Source: Gammaproteobacteria bacterium
Lineage (GTDB): Bacteria > Pseudomonadota > Gammaproteobacteria > JBCCGL01
DNA length: 64,000 nt
Assembly (NCBI GenBank): GCA_965277715.1
Contig: OZ255836.1
Coordinates: forward strand, 2,624,001-2,688,000
Direction of reading: 5' to 3'
A program made the translations under genes and the position numbers. Each line of letters opens with the position of its first letter. The stretch's first letter is position 1. Below are positions 9,988 through 20,147 of the stretch, piece after piece. Below the pieces are notes generated by a model. That model saw nothing but the letters and a program-made list of their open reading frames with translations. It was not told the origin of the DNA and ran no database searches.

Positions 9988-11244
9988 TTAATATTTGACA
10001 GTCATGCCGTCTTGCAGTGAGTAACAGTAGGCACGCCAAGCGGGAATAACGCCAATGAGGCAACCCATAGATAGAAAACAAGCGGCCAATATTGACTCAC
10101 GCGAACCGGGCCAACTCAATGGAATGTTTAGGCCGAACTGTTGTTGCGCAAGTGGTTGTACAATGAGTAGCAGCGAATAAAAAAGTATTACCCCTAGGAT
10201 GAGACCGAAGAGCGTGGTTATAAACGATTCGCTGACCAATAGTAGGAATATTTGATGCCGCTTGACACCAACAGCGCGCAAAATCGCAATCTCACGGCGA
10301 CGTTCGTTCAAGCTTGTTAAGACGCCGGTCAGCAACCCTATAAAGCTGCTCGCTACTACAAATAGCGAAACAGCGAGTAGCGCATTTTCACCCACTGCAA
10401 CCAGGTTCCACAATTCCTGTAGCGCAACCCCGGGTAATACAGCGAGCAGTGGTTCTTTGCTGAATTCGTTTACAGCGCGCTGCATCGTAAATACTTTTAT
10501 CTTTGATTTAAGGCTGAGTAAAAAAGCAGTAATTTGTGTGGGTTGCAAATCCATCGGATGTGCTTCATCAGCATTTCCTGCTTGGGCATTGTGAGTGCCA
10601 GACTGCCAATCGGCATGCATTGCTTCGATACCTTCGAGGCTGACGTGGATAGTACGATCTACCGGAGTGCCGGTTTTACTCAAAATGCCGACGACCTGGA
10701 ATGGCTTATCTTTGTGTCGGGCAAACGCTACGTCAGATAGCCCGTGAGCCAGGGTGATTTTTTCACCCAACTGATAGCCCAATTGAGCTGCTACTTCAGC
10801 CCCAAGCACAGCGTCGAATATATGTTTAAATCTCGCTCCTTGGGAAAAATCCAGGGCTTGCTTATTACCATAAGTGTAATCGGTAAAATAGTTTTCACTG
10901 GTTCCCATTACGCGAAAGCCACGATGTGAATCACCTAGAGAAATTGGAATTGACCATTTTACTGACGAGTGCTTGCTGATTTTCTCGTAACTTTCCCAAG
11001 AAATATTATTGGTTGCGTTACCGATACGAAAAACAGAATACAGTAATAGTTGCACACTGCCGCTGCGTGCGCCAATTAACAGGTCAGCGCCGGAAATAGT
11101 ATTGGTGAAACTACTTCGTGCATCATTTCGCACTTTTTCCACTGCGAGTAACAGTGTTACCGAAAGAGCGATTGAAAAAACGGTTAACAGTAAGGTCCAG
11201 CGTCGGTTAAACATACTGTGCAACGTTAGCAGGATGATGTTCAT
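9988..11244 (-). CDS. zrgC: ABC transporter permease (FtsX/MacB-like, ZrgC type)
   Basis: GARSGSVQLLLYSVF, PISLGDSHRGFRV, ERRREIAILRAVG; operon context. Confidence 0.8.
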   Translation of the reverse strand: MNIILLTLHSMFNRRWTLLLTVFSIALSVTLLLAVEKVRNDARSSFTNTISGADLLIGARSGSVQLLLYSVFRIGNATNNISWESYEKISKHSSVKWSIPISLGDSHRGFRVMGTSENYFTDYTYGNKQALDFSQGARFKHIFDAVLGAEVAAQLGYQLGEKITLAHGLSDVAFARHKDKPFQVVGILSKTGTPVDRTIHVSLEGIEAMHADWQSGTHNAQAGNADEAHPMDLQPTQITAFLLSLKSKIKVFTMQRAVNEFSKEPLLAVLPGVALQELWNLVAVGENALLAVSLFVVASSFIGLLTGVLTSLNERRREIAILRAVGVKRHQIFLLLVSESFITTLFGLILGVILFYSLLLIVQPLAQQQFGLNIPLSWPGSRESILAACFLSMGCLIGVIPAWRAYCYSLQDGMTVKY

Positions 11245-11942
11245 ACAATACCCGCCTGAGCGCGATTGATTTCTGCCAAATCAACCTGCCGATCGAAATA
11301 GTGTGCAAGACTGTTGTCGTGGCTGACGAACAATAGTGCTGCGCCGCTTTCGCTGCATTCACGCATGAGCAACTCAATAAATTGACCGCGACTATCGGTG
11401 TCGAGTGCTGATGTAGGCTCATCCGCAATCACTATACTGGGATGGCCAATCAATGCGCGTGCAGCAGCGACACGCTGCTGCTGGCCAACACTGAGTGCGG
11501 TGATAGGCGAGTGCAATAATTCAGGGTTGTCCAGTCCTAAATGACTCAGTAAACGCGTTGCTTCAACGGGGGCAGCTTGAGCGTTTCCACGCAATTTTCG
11601 TTTGTTGGAAAAACGATAGGGCAAGGTTACGTTGTCCAACACATTCAGGTAGGGGATTAAATTAAACATCTGAAAAATAAACCCAATATTATCAGCGCGA
11701 AATTGATCGCGTTGGCTATGCGACAGTGATGCAAGGTGTGTATCCAATATTTTCACATCACCAGAAACGGGTGTATTAATGCCCGCAACTAAGCTTAGCA
11801 ACGTGGTTTTACCACTGCCGCTCGCTCCGCGTAGAAATAACTTTTCCCCACTATTGAGCGACAGTCGGTCGATATCGATCACCGGCCGACTTGCACCAGG
11901 CCAACGGAAGCGCAAATCGCTGAGTTCGATTGCGTTTTGCAT
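11241..11942 (-). CDS. zrgB: ABC transporter ATP-binding protein (ZrgB type)
   Basis: Walker A GASGSGKT, LSVGQQQRV, ADEPT, VSHD. Confidence 0.8.
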   Translation of the reverse strand: MQNAIELSDLRFRWPGASRPVIDIDRLSLNSGEKLFLRGASGSGKTTLLSLVAGINTPVSGDVKILDTHLASLSHSQRDQFRADNIGFIFQMFNLIPYLNVLDNVTLPYRFSNKRKLRGNAQAAPVEATRLLSHLGLDNPELLHSPITALSVGQQQRVAAARALIGHPSIVIADEPTSALDTDSRGQFIELLMRECSESGAALLFVSHDNSLAHYFDRQVDLAEINRAQAGIV

Positions 11943-11947
11943 TATGG

Positions 11948-12478
11948 CTAGGGGAGTTCTACGCGGGTATTTTCCGCACCAAGCTCGACAATCGATTGAC
12001 CCTTGTCACTCACCACTTGAACGTCGATTTCTTCAATGCCGGGGAAGTGTTTGAACAAATTGATGTCAATACTGACAAGTGCGTGAGGTGTGTTGCATGT
12101 GTAGCTGTACTTTGTGTGAAACTCACTGTGTTCCTCATGTCCTCCATGTTCTTCGAGAAGCGAAGACTCGACCACTGAAGATTGAAGTGCGCACTCTGCT
12201 GGCGATGGTAACTGAAATAGCCTGTCGGGGGTTCCCAGTAATTTTTCTGCCGACCTAAGAGTGGCCCGGTCGGCATCAGCTTCGGCGGTGTGCTCAAAGC
12301 CGAGGATATTTACAGCAGGTGATTGCATGGCAATTTCCAGGTTTTTGTCGTCAATTGCAATTTGAAGCAGTACATGACCATGCTCGTGAGCGCTATGCTC
12401 GCGCTCGGTCGCGGCCAAGGCTACGGGTAGTAGCAACGCACAACTCAACGCCGTTGCGCGCATAAAAACAGTTTTCAT
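11948..12478 (-). CDS. zrgA: DUF2796/ZrgA family His-rich periplasmic zinc-binding protein
   Basis: Signal peptide, HSAHEHGH, SPAVNILGFEH, HSEF..Y.Y.C. Confidence 0.82.
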   Translation of the reverse strand: MKTVFMRATALSCALLLPVALAATEREHSAHEHGHVLLQIAIDDKNLEIAMQSPAVNILGFEHTAEADADRATLRSAEKLLGTPDRLFQLPSPAECALQSSVVESSLLEEHGGHEEHSEFHTKYSYTCNTPHALVSIDINLFKHFPGIEEIDVQVVSDKGQSIVELGAENTRVELP

Positions 12479-12531
12479 TGGGTAGAACTCCTGAAAAGTA
12501 AGCGATTAGTTTGTTAGTGGTGCGTTACTGT

Positions 12532-12894
12532 TCAGGAAACGGGAGGCCCCCGACTACGGTGAGTTATTGCTTTTTCACGGATGAAATAGGTATCGGGTGA
12601 TCGGAGAAACGTCTGTTCAGGGGCGTGTTCCTGGAAGGCGGTGGCCGTTTGTACAGCGTCACCCATAAAACCAAATTGGCACTTACCGCAGAGTTCATTG
12701 TCGTGTTCGCTGAGATGGTCGGTTTTTGACGAAGACAGGTCATTAATATGCAGCACAGCATCAGCTAAGTGGTTGACGGAATTTTCGAAGCTATGCGTCG
12801 TCGTGTGCGCAGGTTGCAGAAACGCACACAGCAACAACAGCAGTAAAAAAATATGCTGGAGTGAAATGCGATTGGTGTGGCGTGAGAACATCAT
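12532..12894 (-). CDS. Small His/Cys-containing protein of metal-uptake operon (DUF2946/DUF2607-like)
   Basis: N-terminal TM, His-rich segment, CxxC, C-terminal RSRGPP. Confidence 0.6.
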   Translation of the reverse strand: MMFSRHTNRISLQHIFLLLLLLCAFLQPAHTTTHSFENSVNHLADAVLHINDLSSSKTDHLSEHDNELCGKCQFGFMGDAVQTATAFQEHAPEQTFLRSPDTYFIREKAITHRSRGPPVS

Positions 12895-13373
12895 TGGATT
12901 GTAGCGTGTATTTTGTGGTCAGCAAGTTACCAATTTCGGATGCGATCAACTATCCACTGGCGACGGCGCTCATAGTCGTGTAGAGGCATCCTTTGATTTT
13001 GCAGGGAACTGCGCAGCCAGCAGCGCACGGTAGTCGTCGAGTTTGGTGCGATGCCGCTACCCAATGCGCCGCAAGGTGTGCGCACGGATTTTGTCGCTTT
13101 CGACCAGGTTTGTCGCGGCCAGAATCAACGGGGCTAACGTGTGATTTACCAATCTTCTGTTGTACAAACCAGTCTTTTTTAAACATATTCTTATCGTAGT
13201 AGCATCACTGCGTTATAACGGTAATGTGGTAACACAAATTTCTACTGAAAATATTTTTTAAAAAAAATTAAATATATTTTAATCTTTTTATTTCGATTTT
13301 ATGTGGTTTAATTTATAGCGTTCAATATGATACTTGATCTCTTTATTCCCGCTAATGCCAACTTAATCGAGCG

Positions 13374-14528
13374 CTATTTCTGCCTATAAAAAACCACCTT
13401 AAATTCCTCGCCACTTTTATCATTAAAAAACTCAGTCGCCTTATGGTGTTTTTCGATACGTTTAATGCCGCTGCCCATACCTGAATACGGCAAAAGCTTG
13501 ATCGCGTGAGACACCAATATAGGATTGCGGATAACCGAGTTGCCATAGCGAATATTTTCCACGGTGAGATGGTTAGGCAAGCTGCCGGGGCTGACCAACT
13601 CAAGCCTGTCTTGAAACAAGAGCAGGCGGATCACCGCACGCTTGCCATAGTCGCGGTGCAGCAGCGCGTTGACAATCGCCTCTTGCAACGCAGTCTCAGA
13701 GATCTCTAGCTCAGGCTGCGCATTAAAGCCGGGGGTTGATGGTTTTTGGCGCAGATGGCTTTTCAAAAATGCCATCGCACCCTGATAAACCAACAGTATA
13801 TTGCCTACCATATCGGCCCGCGACATATAGCGGTCATCGGCAATATCGTTACCGTAAAAGCTGACCGCGCGAATCAAGCAGTCCGGCGAATACGTCTGGG
13901 GTTGGCGGGCAAACAATAACAACCCGGCCAGATTAAAGTACTCACCTTTGGCCAGGTTCATATTATTCAGTAGCTGCTGCTCGCTAAGGTCTAGCTCCGC
14001 CAGGCTATCGCCAGTGGTTTGATCCAAAAATGCACTAAACATCACCTTATCCAGGCTGTCTGCAATAGCCGCCTGGCTAAGCCCCTCATCGATGTTGATA
14101 CGTGCATATTGTTGCAGCATCCGCTCCAATTCGGGCGGTGTCATCAGTTGTTTGCTGGTGGCGACCCGCAGCCAATACTTGCCGTCCCGGGTCATATGCG
14201 GTTTGTTATTGCTCGCCTGGATGCGCAGCACAATAATCGTCTTGCCTTGATAGTGAATAGCCTGGATATCCGGCTGCAAGGGCGCGATGACTTTATCGCG
14301 GGCAATACTGGCGATTCGCTGCTTGGTCTCTTCCAGCTTTTCGGGGGCAATGCCGATAACACCTTTGCCTTTATCTTCAATATCCAACAAAACCCAGCCA
14401 CCGCACGCATTGGCAAAGGCTGTCATCTCGGCGGCGAATTCCAACTCTTTTTTGGGCAGCGCTTGCTTAAATTCGTAAAACGAATCTTCCCCTGTGTGTA
14501 AAATATCGTCCAGACTGCGCTCAAGCAT
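13374..14528 (-). CDS. Schlafen/AlbA_2 domain fused to HATPase_c_4 (RecG C-terminal-like) domain
   Basis: GEDSFYEFK...AFANACGG; EAIVNALLHRDY...SPG.L...RNPIL...GSGIKRI; overlaps upstream gene by 8 nt. Confidence 0.85.
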   Translation of the reverse strand: MLERSLDDILHTGEDSFYEFKQALPKKELEFAAEMTAFANACGGWVLLDIEDKGKGVIGIAPEKLEETKQRIASIARDKVIAPLQPDIQAIHYQGKTIIVLRIQASNNKPHMTRDGKYWLRVATSKQLMTPPELERMLQQYARINIDEGLSQAAIADSLDKVMFSAFLDQTTGDSLAELDLSEQQLLNNMNLAKGEYFNLAGLLLFARQPQTYSPDCLIRAVSFYGNDIADDRYMSRADMVGNILLVYQGAMAFLKSHLRQKPSTPGFNAQPELEISETALQEAIVNALLHRDYGKRAVIRLLLFQDRLELVSPGSLPNHLTVENIRYGNSVIRNPILVSHAIKLLPYSGMGSGIKRIEKHHKATEFFNDKSGEEFKVVFYRQK

Positions 14529-17082
14529 GGTTAAAAAACCTCAATAAAGCCTCGATAGGCGGCCTTGCTTTACCGGCCAAATCAAACACCTTTTCCATCT
14601 TCGGTGCCAACGCCAGCACATCATTCAACATACCAAGGTAGCCTTTACGGGTAAATTCGGTTTTATCTTTGCACTGGCGCATCGCATCCAGCGATTCTAC
14701 TACCTCTTGTAGGGTCGCCTGCTGCTCCTGATTGGCTTTTCGCAGCGCTCGATTCAGCACACCTTCTAGCTCATCCAGCGTATTTTGGATGTTCACCTCA
14801 ACGTTGATATTCGCCTCGACCTGGGCATTGCTAGTGGTGGTATTGATATTGTGAACATGCAGGTGCATACCACCACCTGAAAGAAAATGCCCACCCTTCA
14901 TATAAACAGGCAGCGGCGGGTTTCTCCGCATGCCGATTTCCTCCGGCGTTGCGATTTTCGCCAACTCTGCGCGCACATTAAAATCCTGATTCAATTGCGG
15001 TACAAAATAATCCTGCTTGCCCGCATTATCACAAGCCAGCAATGCGTTAAAGTCCAGGCTTTGCTGGCGATCATCGCCCAGCATCAAGCGCTCGCTCCAC
15101 TCCAGCTCGGCGAAAAAGCTGTTGATATCACGAATCTCATCGCGCACGGCCAGCCAGTCTTCCTTCGGTTGTCGCGCGATCACCCAAATATCGATACAGC
15201 GTTCGCGCTTATTCGCCTGCACCATTACACGCGCACTGCTGTGCCGGTTTTTCAGGCGAATACCGGCATTCCAGAAGTCATTATCCTCGGCCTCGTACAC
15301 CTTTGAGTTCAACATACGCACAATCAGGCGGTGAATAATGCCCACTGGCAGGCTGTCTTTATAGGCCAGGTAATAATGTGCGCTGGCCTGCTCGCGGTAC
15401 TCCTTGTAGGAGGGCAGCTTGGGGTCGGCCTGCAAAGCGGCGGGAATCAAAATCGCCTTATTGTCTTGCGTATAGCACAGCTCAAACTTCTTCATCAGCG
15501 CCAGCAAATAGCGGTAGTGCTCGGCCTCGTAACGAAAATCGTCTTTGTCTACCGGGGCGAGAATCTGCGGAAAGTTATCGATGGATAGCTGCCCTTTAAG
15601 CTGAGCGGTAATATGCGAGGTAAGCAGTTTATACACCCCGTCTGTCAGCCATAGCGGGTTGAGAATTTGCAGGTGTTTTAGGTCTTTATCGTCAAAATAG
15701 CAAATCGCGCCGAGGTCGTTGAGGTATTGAATCAAGGCTTTTTGGTTCTCTGCATCGCTTTCCTCTGCCTCTTCGCAAATGAGCGTAAAGGTGCGGTAGC
15801 TAATCCAGTTTTTCCCGGCGCTGGTTTGCGCCTCCAACTGCTGCTTAACGGTAAACCAGCTATTAGGGAAAGGCCTGGAAACCAGTTCCAGGTTCTTTAT
15901 CTGTGTTTTAAGCGCAACGGTAAAGTCCTCAATACCCCCACCGCTGTGGCAGGAGAGCGCATAAAAACCACAGATCGCCGGGTAGCGATCTCGCAGTTGC
16001 TTCTCGGCCAGATCACCTCCGGGGTTTTGGTCGATTTTGTTGCGCACCACCATAATCGGTGAATCACCGCCCAGGCTGCGGATATGCTCCAGCCAGTACT
16101 CTGGCTCTTCCTCCTTGCGGCCGTCCAGCACCAGCACGTACAGGCTGCGCTCGGTCATAAAAAACTTATGCGCGGAGAGCTGAATCTCCTGGCCGCCAAA
16201 GTCCCAGATATTGGTGCGAATAGCGCCAACATACCAGGCCTGCTGGTGCACACCCAGCGTACTGGCCTGCTGTTCGCTATAGGTATTAAACACCACCCGG
16301 TTGCACAGGCTGGTTTTACCCGCGCCGCCATCACCCACCAGAATAAGCTTGGCCTCGTTTAGCGGGCGGCTGCCGGTTTGGCGGTTGGCGTGCAGCCAGG
16401 CGATGGCGGCTTTTGCGCCTTGCCGCCGGGTATCATTTGGGATTGTGGCCCTTAGCTTTAACTCTTCCAGGTTTTCCAGTTCCCCACTAAAGCGTTTTCG
16501 GCAAGGCTCCACCCAGTCGTGCAGGCCAATATCGCTAAGCGCCTTTAAGAAATTGTGGATAGCGGGCTGCCAATTTTCAGGCTCAGCGTTATGCCATAGC
16601 GTGTGTTCGTAGGCGTTATTGTTGGGGAGAAAAAGCAGCTCTTGCTCTAGCAAGGTATTTAGTGTCTGTTCACTTAGTCCAATGGAGCGAGCGGCGGTGA
16701 CGGCGGCGTAGGCGGCGTAGGCGGTGGCGGCGGCGTAGGCGGCGGCGTAGGTGGCGGCGTAGGTGGCGGTGGCGGCGTAGGCGGCGGCGTAGGCGGCGGC
16801 GTCGGCGGCAGCGTCGGCGGCGGCGTCGGCGTAGACGTCGGTGGCGGTTGTATTATTATAATCCTTCAACAAAAAATGCACACGATCCACAGCAAAAATT
16901 ACTGCAAGGGCATGGCCTGCTCGTTCCTCTTCCTCCCAAAAATCAAAATGCCCTTCCCTGCCCAACATCGGCAAGCTACGCAGCGCCATCCGCCACGCGA
17001 ACGCCACGCGCTGCTCTCTATTCAGGGTTTTTCTCAGTCGTTTTGCCAAGGCTTCTCTATCAATCACGCGTTGCCACCTCAC
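14521..17082 (-). CDS. Roc-COR (ROCO-family) GTPase without LRRs; Ala-rich repeat in N-terminal region
   Basis: G1 GDGGAGKTS, G2 STLGV, G3 WDFGGQE, G4 NKID; COR motifs YLNDLGAICYF, ILNPLWLTDGVY, LMKKFELCY. Confidence 0.9.
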   Translation of the reverse strand: MRWQRVIDREALAKRLRKTLNREQRVAFAWRMALRSLPMLGREGHFDFWEEEERAGHALAVIFAVDRVHFLLKDYNNTTATDVYADAAADAAADAAAYAAAYAATATYAATYAAAYAAATAYAAYAAVTAARSIGLSEQTLNTLLEQELLFLPNNNAYEHTLWHNAEPENWQPAIHNFLKALSDIGLHDWVEPCRKRFSGELENLEELKLRATIPNDTRRQGAKAAIAWLHANRQTGSRPLNEAKLILVGDGGAGKTSLCNRVVFNTYSEQQASTLGVHQQAWYVGAIRTNIWDFGGQEIQLSAHKFFMTERSLYVLVLDGRKEEEPEYWLEHIRSLGGDSPIMVVRNKIDQNPGGDLAEKQLRDRYPAICGFYALSCHSGGGIEDFTVALKTQIKNLELVSRPFPNSWFTVKQQLEAQTSAGKNWISYRTFTLICEEAEESDAENQKALIQYLNDLGAICYFDDKDLKHLQILNPLWLTDGVYKLLTSHITAQLKGQLSIDNFPQILAPVDKDDFRYEAEHYRYLLALMKKFELCYTQDNKAILIPAALQADPKLPSYKEYREQASAHYYLAYKDSLPVGIIHRLIVRMLNSKVYEAEDNDFWNAGIRLKNRHSSARVMVQANKRERCIDIWVIARQPKEDWLAVRDEIRDINSFFAELEWSERLMLGDDRQQSLDFNALLACDNAGKQDYFVPQLNQDFNVRAELAKIATPEEIGMRRNPPLPVYMKGGHFLSGGGMHLHVHNINTTTSNAQVEANINVEVNIQNTLDELEGVLNRALRKANQEQQATLQEVVESLDAMRQCKDKTEFTRKGYLGMLNDVLALAPKMEKVFDLAGKARPPIEALLRFFNHA
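16690..16848 (-). repeat. Degenerate (GCC)n codon repeat encoding TATDVYADAAADAAADAAAYAAAYAATATYAA...
   Basis: ~50 consecutive codons, nearly all GCC/ACC/GAC/TAC/GTC. Confidence 0.9.
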
Positions 17083-17109
17083 TAGCGGTTCACCCGCCGG
17101 GTTTTATCG

Positions 17110-17991
17110 TTATTCACTAATACCCGAAATTTCATCCATACAACTTTGCTCGATTACCGTGTGCAGCTTTTTTACACACGGCATTAACTGTAGCACTTGC
17201 TCACCGCTTATCTTATAGCTTTTATCATAGCGGGCGCCGATATAGGCGTAGTCGAGCAGCTCGAACAGTTCCTGCTGCGCATCGGTCTCGCGCGGCAGTA
17301 TATTGCTTAGCGCCGGACAATAGTCGATGGCTAAATCCCCTAGCGTATCGAGGTGGTGTTCTTGCGGGGATTCACCGGCAAATACCAATAAAACGGCTTT
17401 GTAGGCATGTTCACAGGCTTGATGAAGTTCAAATGCAGATTTTTTATAACTATCTCTGTTGAAAGCATTATCCGCATCAATAAGAAACTCCTTTGCGCTG
17501 GAAAATGTTTCGGTAAAGTCAGCTTGGGCGATGCGCTTTGACTCCGTTGGATCCAGTTCCCGCTTATCACCCAGTTCCACGTTACCACTGTTGTATAGCT
17601 GTATGCCTTGACCCAAAATTTCTGTAAAGAAATACTGCCCCTCATAAAGTTTGTAATTAACAAAATCAATATCGCGGGGAATAATGCGCAAGTAAGTGCT
17701 TAACCCCCCCTGCTCACACACTTGCTTGATATGCTGCCAAAGCCTGGTGTCCTGGGCGGTGTATTCATGCCGGGTAATGGCGAGGATGTCGTAGTCGCTT
17801 TTTTTGTGGATGGTCAGCCGACCGCGCCCTTGCTGGTGTGGGCCGTCTTTCCAGTCACCGCGCGCGTAAGAGCCAAACAGCAATACCATCTCGACGCTAT
17901 CGCATTCCTGGCAAATAGTCGCGGCGATGCGCTTTAGCTCGTTTTGTTTTTTTTCCGGTAAATGGCTAATGCTGTGATTCATGGCGGGCAA
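17110..17991 (-). CDS. Nucleotidyltransferase (MNT)-HEPN fusion protein
   Basis: LFGSYARGD...SDYDIL (Pol-beta NTase); FELHQACEHAYKA...HHL...YIGARY (HEPN). Confidence 0.9.
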   Translation of the reverse strand: MPAMNHSISHLPEKKQNELKRIAATICQECDSVEMVLLFGSYARGDWKDGPHQQGRGRLTIHKKSDYDILAITRHEYTAQDTRLWQHIKQVCEQGGLSTYLRIIPRDIDFVNYKLYEGQYFFTEILGQGIQLYNSGNVELGDKRELDPTESKRIAQADFTETFSSAKEFLIDADNAFNRDSYKKSAFELHQACEHAYKAVLLVFAGESPQEHHLDTLGDLAIDYCPALSNILPRETDAQQELFELLDYAYIGARYDKSYKISGEQVLQLMPCVKKLHTVIEQSCMDEISGISE

Positions 17992-18133
17992 TATACCGAA
18001 AGGGGGTGAAGCGCTTCAAGCGCTACTTATCGGGATCGATAAAGAATGATGACAGCAGTCGCTATCTTTAAACAAATTTTTATTCAAAAAAGAAAGAGAA
18101 TTGAGTGTACTTCATTTTATTCAAAGCAATACG

Positions 18134-18164
18134 GTAGGGCGCAATAACCAACGGGCATTGCACC
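18134..18164 (+). repeat. REP-like element
   Basis: GTAG head followed by imperfect hairpin ggcgcaat-aaccaacgggc-attgcacc. Confidence 0.6.
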
Positions 18165-18250
18165 GAACGACGTCAACAATTTTCCAATTGATAAATAGTC
18201 AGTTTTGTTAGGAAGGCAGTAAAAAGTGCCTGTCCCTTCTCTCTCCTTTC

Positions 18251-18640
18251 CTCGATTGGACAGGGCGCTCCATGCGTGACGATAAACTTGGTCATATCCA
18301 TGCTGCGCTACCGCCGATACTCAAGCGTCTGGGTATTCTTGTGGATCAATGGGTCAGCGATAGCCAACAATTTGAGGTGGTTTACCGACGGCGATTCAAT
18401 CGCGCTGTGCCAACATCGAACACCGGATAGCTTCCCGCCCCCTCCTTCACTGAATTTCAAGCGCCGTATCGTGCGGGGACGGTTGACTTTGGCCTGAATT
18501 CAACAAAATGTTGGGGTAACATCTGGTTCCATCGAACTTTTCAGTTTTTAGCTGCGTTTTCGTGTTTCCAGCGTCATGCGAGTAACCGCCATCGCTCGTC
18601 AGTTGGACATATTTTGAAAAGGGGGTGTCCTTTTAGCTTT
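18251..18640 (+). mobile_element. Remnant (C-terminus and 3' flank) of a Y1/REP-associated transposase element
   Basis: Manual translation LDWTGRSMRDDKLGHIHAALPPILKRLGILVDQW...FE; flank ends in gggtgtccttttagcttt, similar to 3665-3682 and 29737-29753. Confidence 0.65.
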
Positions 18641-18819
18641 GACGCTGTTGGATTTGATCAATCAGAAAGGCCAACATCATCAGATGCATGAGCACCGTCG
18701 CTAGGAGCCTGTCGGATTCAGGACTGCTCTACTGCGAAAAACAACGCGTGCTGAACCACGCCAAAAAATCCTTTGTGATGGGTTGGGGGTTTCAGCGAAC
18801 CCAGGGGGAACGTTACAGA

Positions 18820-18934
18820 CGATAGAGAACAATCCAATCGTAGTAAGCACGCTCAATATGAATAGAATAACGGAGGCGTCTCATGAGATCACGCACTTCT
18901 GTAGCAGTTTTTTGTCCTTTGTTGGAGTTGACAT
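18820..18934 (-). pseudogene. 5' fragment of a second integron integrase with collapsed attI (18935-18968)
   Basis: MSTPTKDKKLL-(frameshift)-EVRDLMRRLRYSIHIERAYYDWI; DNA closely similar to 30257-30355. Confidence 0.75.
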
Positions 18935-18987
18935 ACTTGCCTGATTTCCTGGATACTAATTGTTATACTCCTATTTCGGTGCGCCAC

Positions 18988-19965
18988 TTATCCCCGTTCA
19001 AGTAAACTACTGAGTGGGCTTTTAACGCCCTGAGCACCTTGTTTGAGAACATGGGTATAAATTTCAGTTGTTTTTACGTCGCTGTGGCCAAGTTGTTGTT
19101 GTACAGTACGTATGTCAGCGCCGCTTTGTAGTAAATGCGTAGCAAAAGAATGTCGTAATGTGTGTGATGAAACTGGCTTAACAATGTCGGCCTTTTTCCT
19201 TGCGCTTGCAATTACCTTATTAATGGACGACTCATCAATGTGGTGACGTCTGACGTTGTTGGAAACTGGATCAACGCTCAATTTTTGCGATGGAAAAAGA
19301 TACTGCCAACCAAGCGTTTTATTCGCCATTTTATATTTTCGACTCAAGGCATCGGGCATCCAAACACCTGCATAAACAAAATTCGTCAGATCTTCCTCTA
19401 AAAGCAACCGTACTCTTTCAATTTGCCTGGTTAACGCCGACACCAGCTCCGGGGCTAAAGTGGTAAATCTGTGTTTGCGGCCCTTGCCATTCCAGATACG
19501 AAGCTGTAACAAATCCATATCAACATCGTGTACGCGTAAACGTACAGATTCCATGCGACGTAACCCAGACCCATATAGGATACCGATTATTAGTTTGTAT
19601 TTAGGGTCAACATGTTTAAGTAGACGGCTGACTTCACTTTGTATAAGCACCACGGGTAGTTTTGCCTGGCGACTTGCACGTTTAAATTCCACCATTTCTC
19701 CCAAGGGCTGTTCGAGAAAGCGGTTGTACAAAAATGCCAGCGCATTCAGCGCTACCTGCTGCGTGCCAATAGCAACCGTGCGGTTGATGGCCAAGTGCGA
19801 CAAAAAACGGACGACATCTTGCTCCCCCATTTCCTGAGGGTGTCGGTTGTGGTGGAAACGAATATAGGAACGAATCCAGGTGATATAAGCCGAGATTGTG
19901 CGCTTACTGTAATACCGCACCAACATGAACTCGTAAATAGACTGCAAAAAGGGCGACTTGTACAC
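18988..19965 (-). CDS. intI: Integron integrase
   Basis: [41 protein letters not shown] and IntI-specific insert WQYLFPS...RRHH; divergent attC array. Confidence 0.96.
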   Translation of the reverse strand: MYKSPFLQSIYEFMLVRYYSKRTISAYITWIRSYIRFHHNRHPQEMGEQDVVRFLSHLAINRTVAIGTQQVALNALAFLYNRFLEQPLGEMVEFKRASRQAKLPVVLIQSEVSRLLKHVDPKYKLIIGILYGSGLRRMESVRLRVHDVDMDLLQLRIWNGKGRKHRFTTLAPELVSALTRQIERVRLLLEEDLTNFVYAGVWMPDALSRKYKMANKTLGWQYLFPSQKLSVDPVSNNVRRHHIDESSINKVIASARKKADIVKPVSSHTLRHSFATHLLQSGADIRTVQQQLGHSDVKTTEIYTHVLKQGAQGVKSPLSSLLERG

Positions 19966-20147
19966 GTATAAATCCTTGTAAAGCAGAGAGTGTTATATGA
20001 TAATCCAAAACCAAAGGTTTAGGGAGTCGTTCCAGCATTTTTTTGTCTGTTATTTGCGATTTTCGTAGGGTTTTGTCATATTAATCAATATTTTAGTGTG
20101 TCTTTGTGAACTCAGTCTCGCGAAATTATCGCGATTCCACATAATAT

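Noticed and set aside
13205-13242. Zur box upstream of zrg-like operon
   Set aside because: Only a weak match with many mismatches, ~300 bp from the first confident gene.
16690-16848. Diversity-generating retroelement variable region
   Set aside because: No reverse transcriptase or adenine-rich template repeat in the window, and the tract is N-terminal rather than C-terminal.
19966-20147. LexA box in the intI promoter
   Set aside because: No CTGT-N8-ACAG match seen.
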